Below, piece after piece: positions 26,871-37,488 of a stretch of 64,000 nt of DNA. The stretch comes from Pseudogymnoascus verrucosus (lineage: Eukaryota). The position numbers were made by a program, and so were the translations under genes. Location of the stretch: NCBI GenBank assembly GCA_001662655.1, contig KV460253.1. One strand, given 5' to 3'. The stretch's first letter is position 1, and each line of letters begins with the position of its first letter. The notes beneath the pieces were generated by a model that did no database searches, was not told the origin of the DNA, and saw only the letters and a list, made by a program, of their open reading frames with translations.

Positions 26871-29800
26871 CTACGGATAAGCGCCCCTAATCTTCGAAAA
26901 CAGCGTCGTGTCGAGGAAATTATAATTCGGATCCAACTCGCAAAACGGATGCTGATTCAGCAACGTATCAGCCGTAGGCCTTTCACCCGGAGATCTGCAT
27001 TCGTGTTAGCACATAACTTTCTAAGAAACCTGGGCCAGGGGAAATTTGGGGGGGGGGGGTAGACTCACATCTGAAAGCAATCAAGCATCAAGCTCAAAGC
27101 ATACGGGCTAATCGCATCACCAACATCATCCGGAATCGGCGGAGCCTCATTCAAGCTCCCCAGTTTATACATCGCCCCCACAGCCTCCTCCTTACTCCAC
27201 GGTCTGCGCCCGGCGAACATCTCGAGGACCACGCAGCCTAGACTCCAGATATCGACTTTAGCGCTGTATCCGTCGCCCTGGGAGCGGACGACCTCGGGTG
27301 CCATCCAGAAGACGGAGCCTTGCATGTTATTCGTCGCGTCGTTGCCGTAAATGTCATCTGTCTTCTTGGAGATTCCGAAGTCGCTGATCTTGCATGTCCC
27401 GTCGAGGTCGAGGAGGATATTGTCAGCCTTGAGATCACGATGCAGGATCCCCTCGCGATGAAGGTACGCGAGTCCCGAAAGCGTCTGTCGCGTCAGCGAA
27501 CTAACGACGGGCTCTTCGAATTTTCCGTGCTTGCGTAGGCACGACCCGACACTGCCACCGGAGATGTACTCGAGGAAAATGCTGATAGAAGTCTCCTTGC
27601 GCTCGCATCCGAGGTACTGCACGATATTGACATGATCAAGGTCCTTCATGGTGTCGATCTCGAGGTCAAGCGCAGCAACGAGCTCTTTCATCTTATTCTT
27701 ATCGTTTCCTGCTGCCTTGGCGCTGACTTCCACTTGCTTGACCGCCAGGAAGTCGCCGGTCGTGGCGTTCATACCCAGGTAGACGCGGCCGTATGTTCCT
27801 TTGCCGATGAGCTGGCCCTTGAACCAGCGGAAGGTGGCTTGGCGCTTGGGGATCGTGTCCTGTGGGATGCTGGGGAGAACCATGCTGCCTCGCTGCGGCT
27901 TGATCTGGACGATGTTCGCGCCGAACATTTTGGTGCTCTTGCGGCGAAGGATGGTAGATGGTGCTTGTCCGCCCTGCTGGGATGGCTGGGTGAAACGCTT
28001 GTTGGCCTCATGCGCACCTCTGGCAACGTCACGGATGGACTTCATTCTGCCAAGTCCGCCAGATCGACCGACGTTCCTTTGGGCAACACTCTGGATAGAT
28101 GGCGGTCGACGACTATCGAGTGTCTTTAGAGTCGATTCGTCAGATCCAAGCGTATCGCCATTACTGTAATACGACTCCGGGCGGTCTTCAGGGATGGGAG
28201 GAGGTGCGTTTGTAGGCATGGTCATCTGCGGAGCACCAGAGCTTGTAGGAGATGATGGTGGAGACGGTCCATGCCCTTCTTCGAGGACAGGCTGGTCCAG
28301 ATCGAGATTAGGGAAGAAATCGTCGAGGTGGTTAAACAGCGCCTCAGCGGGAGGTCTGCTTGCCCAGACATCTTCCCTCGCAAACGATCCCCGACGAAGA
28401 ATCCTACTCATATCCTCAGAACCTGCAGAAAATCCACCCGACGCAGCGGACCAGTTCTCAGACAATGCAGAGCCTGGAGTGCGGCGTTGCGGCCGCTTCC
28501 CACTTTTTGAACTGGATGCTTCGTTTTGTAGTTCGGGATTCTGTAATTGTTCAGCTGTAAGCCAAGCGTCTTTGTCTCGTCTCCCGCTACGCGCACTAGC
28601 AGTATTGCCGTCGTCATCTCCCATGCGTTTTGGCGGAGGTTCGTATGTGTTCTCGCCGAAGCTAACTTTACTCTTGGTTCTAGTGACGACCTTCAGGGCA
28701 GGGCGTTTGTCAGTATTCCGCTGCTCCGCCTCAGCAGCGCCCGAAGTGGCATCGTTCGCATCACCCCCGGTAGCACGGTTGGGGAGGATCTGGAAGAGGC
28801 CATCGTCAGAGTCATCATCAGAATCATCATCCTGTTGCGCCTGCTGGGGCCGCTCAAAGGAAACATGAGCCTCGGTAAAGTCAACGTTGGGCCCGTAAGA
28901 TTTGCGCTCTCCAGCCAGGCTCAAGCCACCGCCAGGGGTACCAGCACTGCTTGGGCTAACATCCACCGGCGAAACACCTCTGCGCAGTTCCTCTTGTCTA
29001 AATTTAGCAATAGCTGCACTTTGACCATCTAGTGGAGCACCACCATTCTCTTCAAGCTTGTAGTCGGGAACCATAAACGGCGTATCTCCCTTACCCCATG
29101 TCAAGCTGCCTGGTGTCCCACTTGATGACCTTGGGCTGTTCCGACCTGACGCCGAAGGGCCAAACTCAACCGTTGACATTGCTGATTTAGACTTGTCGTC
29201 GGTGGTATTTGCACCTGGACTTGGTTGGCTGACATGGAGCAGATGGTTGCCCATGCCAACAAGAGCTGCTCCAATGCCGCCACCGGGGGATGCCTTTCTG
29301 TTTCGTCCAGTGTCCTGAGGGAAAGTCTGAGTGCGTCCAGCTGACGTTGCTGGTCGGACCTCAACATTTACAGGCCCTATAAACCCAGCAGATTGAGCAG
29401 TCTTCTTGCTCAGTGAGTTGGCCTTGATCAACGTAGCTGACTCTCCGGGTGGAGGCGGTGGCTTTCTCTGCGGGTAGAGGTTGTCCACCTTCTTGTCTTC
29501 GAAGGGCGAGCCTCTTGGCTTGTCGAAGTCAACATTCCTCGTGCCTACAATGCCCGGGCTACGTTCTTGTGTTGGATCCTCTTCAAATGAGAATTCCTTG
29601 GTTGTCTTCTTCTTAGACTGGAAGGCGTGGTTCTTCTTCTCGGTTTCGGCCTTGCGGTTATGAGGCGGCGATGAGTTTGATCGGCGTCTTTCTCCATTTA
29701 ACTGATTAACTTCATCGTCATTATATGAGCGGCCATGGTGCCCTGCTTCCTGTGGGAAGTTCGAACTCAGGCCAGCAGAATCAGGCGGGCGCAGGTGTGT

Positions 29801-32458
29801 GACTGAAGCTGGTGGGGCGCGCACGAGTATCTTTAATCCTCCATAGGCATCTGCTCGCATCTTTTTGTTGACAATCAGTTTACTGTCATCCAATGCCTCC
29901 TCATGGTCTATTTTCCCCAGCTCAGTCATGTACATTAGGGTATGGGCAACATCCTGAATCCCAAGCGTGTGACAGAAAATCAGTCGAATATCATAAGCAG
30001 AGTCGGCATCAGTGATATCGCAAAGTCGGTAGTTCAGCCCGTCCAAGGTTACAAGGACAAAAAGTCTACTGGCCGGATTTGGGCGCTTTCCACGGTACGT
30101 AGTGTGTGGGAATTTATCGTTCTCCAAGGCAGAATAGCTCGATGCCTGTCTATCAAGAGATGTTTCGCTAGCCGCTGCCTTCGCGTTATGGCCATATTGC
30201 GGGGCTCTGAAGCTAAGAGAGGGACTTGTTGGAGAGTCAAAGTGGTGATCGTCAGGCGAAGGTAGTAAGCCCTCTTCCTTCGGCTTGGGCTTCTTTCGCA
30301 AATACTTGAGGAAGCTTTTCGATTCTTTGGCTGAACTCGGTGCTTCGGATCTGTAAGAGCCAAATTCCGACTCGAGCGGCGATGGGCGTGTTCCTTCCTG
30401 TCCATGGCGTCGCTGCGCAGCAGCAAACCCTGCTTCGCCAACTGCTCCTGCCATTCCGGATCTGAAGGCCTGGCTAATCGCTGGAGAGACCCCCGACCCG
30501 TATATTGCTGTGCTAGACGAGACGGAGTCGGTGCTATTGCTAGCGCGGTGCCCAAATGTTGCACTATGCGGAGAAGCAGACAGCTTCCCTTGAAATGTGG
30601 GTACATGCGTCGCAAACGATTGCCCTGGGCTCCCGCTTTTTGGGCTGCCTTCCGTGCGTAATGCAGGTCCCATAAAATGCCCGCTTTCCGACATGTCAGC
30701 GCTCGCATTAGGGCTGTGTCTCCGAGAGGGGTCACTGCCATCAAGCGACTTCAACATATTCCGATGGCCACGACTATCTACCGGGCTGTCGTTCGAGTGA
30801 TAGAAAGTGCCGGTGTAGTTCGGAAGAGTTGTGCTTCGATTCTGAGATGTAATGCGCTTTTCAACCCCTGGGCTCGGCACATTGAACATGGATTGTTTAT
30901 CAGGGCTCTCGTCGTCGGGGTTGGCTGTGCTGGGAGTTGTCACGTAGGTTTCCCGCGTCATATTTGGAGAAGACCCTTGAGTGTGATCAGCACCAGCGTT
31001 GAACGAATTTGCAGAGTTTGATTCTCGTCGGCCGTGCGAAGATCTACCAGCAGGTTTTCCGGTGGTAATCTCGCGTATCAATTTGCGCATCCGTTTGCCC
31101 TCTTCTCGTTCCCGAGACTGGTCCCAGCCTGTTCCGCTGGATGAACATTGCTTTGCCAGCCGGGGGTAAACCTGCTGGTGCATCATACCGAAATTAGCAC
31201 GTCCGCCGTGACCAGTACCAAGTTCAAGGAAAGTAGAGCCGTGCACTTCTAACGCCTTGAATGTCTCTTGCCAGTCTGCAGAGAAGTGGTTCTTAGCTAG
31301 CCATAATAAGACACGTTCCAACGGCCATTGAGCAGCAAGCTCAATTTGAGCCTGTGTCAGAGCCGGGGCAGCATTGGTATTGTTCATGTTGCCAGGCTCG
31401 GCTACTAAATCCCCTGATTGAGTTATAGTATTGCTTGGCGTTGCTGTTGTCGGTCTGGGGCCATACTCTTGACCAGGCACGTGCGTGTTATTTTGTCTAA
31501 TTGTGGACGTTTGTGTCTGATACAGCCTCTCGCGGTCGTTGTAGAAGCTGCTTGGCCCTTCATCCATAGGTGTCGTTAGGCCGCTTTCTGTCGCAGACCG
31601 GCTAGTAGCTCGGGAGGTTTCTGATACGGCAGAGAACTCTGAGCCGTCGGCACTGCCGAAACCAGGGATTCCGACACCAACACCAAACGACAACTCGCCC
31701 GCGTGTGGGATATAGGTCGCTGACATCTGAGTTTCATTTGCCTGTTGTGTCTGAAGTCTGGTCAGAGGTGCGGCCATGTTCATCTGATACTGTTGACTCG
31801 GATTGTATGTTTGGTACTGGTTATTGGCCGATGCTTGTAGTGGGGGTGGGCCGGGATATTGTCGAGCATCATAGGCACGACCCCAGGAATTCTGCCAGCC
31901 ACCCTGCATAGGATGGGCACTTCCAGGAGGCGGGGGTGGTGGAGGCAGCATCATCCCGTTTGAGTGCTGTTGTGGTTGTCCTGGTCCAGGCCTGGGTGGT
32001 GGCGGCGGAAGCGCCATCATATGGGTTTGCTGGATGGGAGGTGATTGTAAGGGTGGTGGAGGCGGCGGGACATACCCTCCCGGCCGCTGCCCTGGTTGAT
32101 ACATTGGCATATTCGGCCCTGCCCGCGTCGCTGGTCGATATGAGTTGCTGTTGTTCTCGATGGTATGAGGAGGAGGTGCTGTCTCGGCTGTAAGCGCCCG
32201 AGGTCGTCGTCCTGTGCCGGGGGGGTAGATAGAGCTCGAGGCGCTGAGGCTAGGATATGGAGATCCAGAACCGTGAGACGGTATGAGAAGTGAGCTCGGG
32301 CTGCTAGCAGCAGTATAATATGTAGGAACGTCGTTCAGAATAAGGTCGTTCGGGAATGCCCCTCCTTCATTCGTGGTCCGGGTCCCAGGTGAAGCGCTGC
32401 GGTTTATGTCCGAGTAGTTCGAACGTGTTGATGATGATCGTTGGCGGGAACTTGTCAT
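26871..32458 (-). CDS. BCK1: MAP kinase kinase kinase of the cell-wall-integrity pathway (Bck1/Mkh1 type); intron 26995..27068
   Basis: C-terminal kinase: GQLIGKGTYGRV, AVKQV, HRDLKADN, DFG, GSVFWMAPE. Family motifs WASRPP and LRRKSTKMFG. Last exon ISPGERPTA...HPF ends at TAG 26871. Confidence 0.95.
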
Positions 32459-33546
32459 CGCAATCCATTCATCGTCGGGGCCAGCAGTACCAGCCTTTCC
32501 AGCCTTTGTAGTTCAGACAGCAATGTCCTGAACGGCTGTTGGCATAGCACGATGCGGGTGGCAGCCGCGTCAATATTTGACAGCGCTGTTTGGAAGTCAA
32601 GCAGTGGCGTTTCGAGCTGCATGCGCCCTTTACCGCGTCGGCGAGTAGAGTCGCGTTTCAAGAAGGTGGTGTTTGGTTTGAATCGACTATGCGATCCTAA
32701 TTCTTCGATGTGACCCTTCAGGTCTCGATTCGTTTGACAGCGATTGTTGTTGTTCTCCCGTTTACAGAACTGGTGAAGCCTCGCTACGAGCATACTTTGG
32801 GTAGCCACTCAGCTTCTGGGATACCTATGGTTTCTAGACCGTTAGGCGCTTTGACCCTTAAAAAGGTGCACACGGGGGTTTCCGTTCGCCCTAGGAAACG
32901 AGGTACAGGGCCTTAACTAAAATAAAAAATAATTTCGTCCCCAAATATGATATTTATTTGTGTTAAATGCTAAAATCTAATTATAAAAGACGGGTTATTT
33001 GCCCATCGTTTATTAGTCATATTTATATATAACGCGCCGTTGTGGTACTGTTTATTTGAGAGCTAGGGATTTTGGCCACGATAACTACGTAGTATTTGAT
33101 ATTTTTTGCTGGCTACCCACATATAAAACATATCCCATGAGCCACTGGCCAGCCACAGAAACCTAAATTCTATCACACGTCCTAAGACATTCCGATTCAA
33201 GCATTTTCATGTTTGTCTGATATGTAAGGAAAGACCTGCAGTATCAGCTACTGGCTGGTGCATCGTAGACAAGACCCCTGTATCATGCCGGATTTAGGTA
33301 GTTCTTGTAGGATTCGCCAACTACCGATCGATGACTTCATCGATAACCACCAAGGTGGGGTGGCACAATATGGATTTACGGAGATGCAGATGTACTACAT
33401 CATTAACTTGCCAAATTCTCCAACTCTTTCAGTTCTTCTTTCCACACATTATCTGGAATCATAGTTGAAACAAACTCTCTTTGTCTCCAGTGAAAACCTA
33501 AGACAACGCGAAACTATTCTCAACCAAATTCTCATAACGGTCGACC

Positions 33547-35392
33547 ATGTCTTCAAAACCCGAGGATATCCGGACGGCGGATCTGCACAAACCCGTCGAC
33601 ATTGCAGAGTATCTATTTACTCGCCTCAAGCAGATTGGCTGTGATTCAATTCATGGAGTCCCAGGAGATTTCAATTTAGTCGCATTGGACTATGTTCCAA
33701 AGGCTGGTCTCAAATGGGCCGGGAACTGCAACGAACTTAATGCTGGTACGTGCTGTACAGCTTCCCCAACCCATTCTATAAATACTAATAGATCATATTA
33801 CAGCTTATGCAGCGGACGGGTATGCGCGTGTCAAGGGAATCGCTGCCATCGTCACGACATTCGGAGTCGGAGAGCTCTCGGCGATGAACGGAGTAGCTGG
33901 ATCGTACTCTGAGCAAGTCCCAGTCGTGCACATCGTCGGAACCCCTTCGACGGCCTCTCAGAAAAATGGGATGCTCTTGCATCATACTCTCGGCAATGGG
34001 GACTTCAACGTCTTCTCCAATATGAGCAAGGAGATCTCCTGCGCCATGGCCAAATTAACCCACGCCGATGATGCCGCGTCGCTCATTGACAACGCTTTGA
34101 GGGAATGCTGGGTCCAAAGCCGACCTGTCTACATTGCACTCCCGACAGATATGGTGCAAAAGAAGGTCGAAGGCAAGAGGTTGCAGACACCAATCGATTT
34201 GTCATTCCCAGAAAATGACCTGGAGAAGGAAAAATACGTGCTTGATGTTATCTTCAAATACCTCTATGCCGCCAAGGATCCAATTATATTGGTAGACTCT
34301 TGCGCAATCCGCCACAGAGTTCTGAAGGAAACGCACGATTTTATCGAGAAGAGCGGTCTGCCCGTATTCGTAGCACCCATGGGGAAGAGTGCTATCAATG
34401 AAAGCCATCCCAACTACGGTGGTGTGTATGCAGGCGATGGGAGCTTGCCCGAAGTTAAAAAGCGCGTAGAGGCTGCCGACTTGGTCTTGAATATTGGCGC
34501 CATTAAGAGCGACTTTAACACAGGTAAGTTACCATTAAATATCACCTGTACGAGCTTTTCGAACTGACTATCCACAGGCGGCTTCTCGTACAAGACATCA
34601 CAGCTGAATACGATTGATCTCCACAGCACATTCACTAAAGTCCGCTACTCCGAATACCCCGGTGTGAGCATGAGAGGTCTCCTTCGCAATCTCGCCAAGA
34701 GCATCGACACAACGAAGCTTACCAGAAGCGCAATCCCAGTCCCTGTGCCCAAAAACAGAGTCGCCGAGAATAGCGGCAGGTCCGAGATTATAACACAGGC
34801 AATGCTATGGCCTACCGTTGGAGAATTCTTCGAGGAAAACGACATCGTCGTGACCGAGACTGGTACTTCCAACTTTGGTATTTGGGAGACCAAGTTCCCG
34901 CCTGGCGTCACGGCACTGAGCCAGGTGCTTTGGGGCAGTATCGGGTGGTCCGTTGGTGCTTGCCAGGGAGCAGCTCTTGCGGCGGTAGACGCAGGTGGAA
35001 AGAGAAGAACGATCCTCTTTGTCGGCGATGGCAGTTTCCAGCTCACTGCTCAGGAAGTGAGCACCATGCTCAAATTGGATTTGAAGCCAATTATCTTCAT
35101 CCTTTGCAACGATGGATACACCATCGAACGGTTCATCCATGGGATGGATGCCGAGTACAACGATATCGCGACCTGGAAGCACAAGTCCCTTATCGATGCC
35201 TTCGGCGGTGCTGCGAAGGGAGCGAGGACGTACCAGGTTAAGACTCAGGACCAGGTGAGGGAACTGTTTAATGCCAAGGAGTTCAAGTCTGCGAATGTTT
35301 TGCAACTGGTGGAAGTTTTTATCCCGAAGGAAGATGCTCCAGGGGCTCTCAAGATGATTGCGGAGGCCAGTGCGAAAACAAATGCGAGCTAA
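33547..35392 (+). CDS. PDC1: Pyruvate decarboxylase (ThDP-dependent); introns about 33746..33803 and 34523..34577
   Basis: [32 protein letters not shown] and the ThDP motif [11 protein letters not shown]...NDGYTIER. Confidence 0.95.
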
Positions 35393-35843
35393 GTTTGAAG
35401 TATGGGAAACAGTAGGGTATTAAAGGTTGAAAGTAACCTGTAACGTAAAATAAAAGTGATCTTTAAGTAGTACAGCTAATTAATGCTTGAGTTATGAAAT
35501 GTTTTTGGAATATGGGATAAATTGTGGAAAATAATTGAAGTTAAATAAATATTGAAGAAACAAACACGGTATTATTAAATGTGGCTATTCTTTCGCATTT
35601 AAAGGGAAAACCAGCATTAAAATCATTATAATTTAATTATCATACAAGAACCAAATAGAAACAAAGGCAAGTATATCGTAAATGAGAAGGTAAAGGGTTG
35701 TTATTAAAATATTTGTCTCTTCCTAATTTGACATTGAGCGACGACGTCGTCACAAAAAAATTCGCTTGTTTATATATCGCGGAAAGCGTGATGGGGGAAG
35801 CACCTGACTTCCACCGACATCGCCACATTTTAACAACCACAAA

Positions 35844-37488
35844 ATGGCCGACACTAATAAGCGGAAGTCAGGCCCGGGAGATAGCAGAGATGATAAGCAA
35901 GGCAAGAGAAGCAAGGTATGTGTTCTGATTTTCGTTTCGTTGTCTAATTCTCGCTGGTTCATTTGGGCGGCATTTGGTCGGTGTTTGGTCAATGGGACGA
36001 CGATGCACGTCGCCCAAGTCGAACAGTGTCAGGATAATATGCAATTGCGACTCAGTTCTTTGTCTATCTCAGCGGGATTCGGCGCTGTATCCCGTGCCAC
36101 GGCACACTATCTCATGAGTATACTGACATGATCGCAGGGCGGGTCAGGTGGAAAATGGCAAACGCCACACCAGAAGAGCAAAGCTAGCACTCCACGGGGC
36201 GGTGGGAAGATTGAGCCTGGCGATGCGGGAATCTGGGCTACCTGCATGAAAAGCAAAGAAGGGAAAGCTACAGAGGAGTTGAAGAGCCTCTTTGAACATG
36301 TAAATTCACGCGGCACGAATTGGCCTGGCATAGCTGACCCCCCATCTAGTCTGCGGAGAAGTTCTACAACATCTCACCAGTGAAAGAAGATGAGGATGAA
36401 GATGAGGATATCGAGGCCTCCATCCGGAAAGAGATCAGCGACATGGCGGCGACGAAGGATGCGCCAAAGTTGTTCCAGCCCGTCTTCCTGGACGTGCAGT
36501 GTGTGTTGTTCTTCAAGCTACAGCCCGCAATTGAGCCCGTCGACTTCGTGCATCGGATATGCGAGGAGGCAGCGAGTAACCCCACTGGTAGGAAGCACAG
36601 GTTCTTGAACAGGTTGACGCCAATGACACGTATGGGCCGCGCGACGCAGGCCGACCTGGAGGGACTAGCTAGGGAGGTCCTACAGAAGCATTTTCGGCTA
36701 GTGGATGGAGACGGGACGGAAGGGAAAGCGGGCGAGAGTGATGCCCAAGATTTCTGCTCGGTAAGTTTTTTTTGATTCAGCTTTCGTGGTTCTAGACATG
36801 CGTGTTGGACTGGTTCCTTTGAGGCAATCATGGACGAATCTGGAGTTTATAGCGATTGATGCAGGCACACGTGCTCACATCGTATGCACTCTGGAGGAGA
36901 CATCAATTCTGACACATCACAGTATGCGATCCGACCAACAATCCGCAACCACAGCCTCTTAAAGCGTGATGTTGTGATCAACACTATCGCAAATCTCATC
37001 GATAAGTCCCACAAGGTCTCGCTCACTAACCCAGACAAGGTTATATTGGTCGAACTATATCAAGTAAGTGACTCCTCCACTGCCGGCATACCAGTCACTT
37101 GCCGTCGATCTCATCCCTAGCTTCGTCGCGCACTCCGTTTGGCAGCTCGGTTACACGATGTGAGAGCTACGCGATGCGATGCCCTCAGGGTCCATACTAT
37201 AGCTCCGCAGCTACATGCATGCTACGATTTCGCCTCGGCTCAACCACAGAGCTGACTTTTGAATTACAGAACGTTTGTGGTATAAGTGTTGTGGGAAGCG
37301 ATTGGGAGACACTTAAGCGCTACAACCTCAATGAAATCTACTTGCCCACTCCAAAACCGGGGCCGGCGGCACCTGTAACAGAGGGGGTTCCTGCAGCCGC
37401 ACTTTCGGCGCCAGATCTGGCAACGAAAGACGAGACACACGTGGCCGATGAAAATACAGTCGCGGAGCCGATGGCGGCGGCACCGTAG
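35844..37488 (+). CDS. TAN1: THUMP-domain protein Tan1 (adaptor for tRNA ac4C acetylation); introns 35916..36137, 36300..36349, 36761..36922, 37064..37269
   Basis: Spliced protein contains IEPGDAGIWATC, DIEASIRKEI, RFLNRLTP, YAIRPTIRN, HKVSLTNPDKVILVE, CGISVV...LKRYNL. All four introns are phase 0 with canonical signals. Confidence 0.88.

Noticed and set aside
33506..33513. ACGCGAAA upstream of PDC1
   Set aside because: Single copy only ~35 bp before the ATG, probably in the 5' UTR. It shows the motif can occur by chance, which also lowers confidence in the other MCB calls.
34565..34570. TGA-CTA readthrough-type context in PDC1
   Set aside because: It lies in intron 2, overlapping the CTGAC branch point, and is not the real stop.
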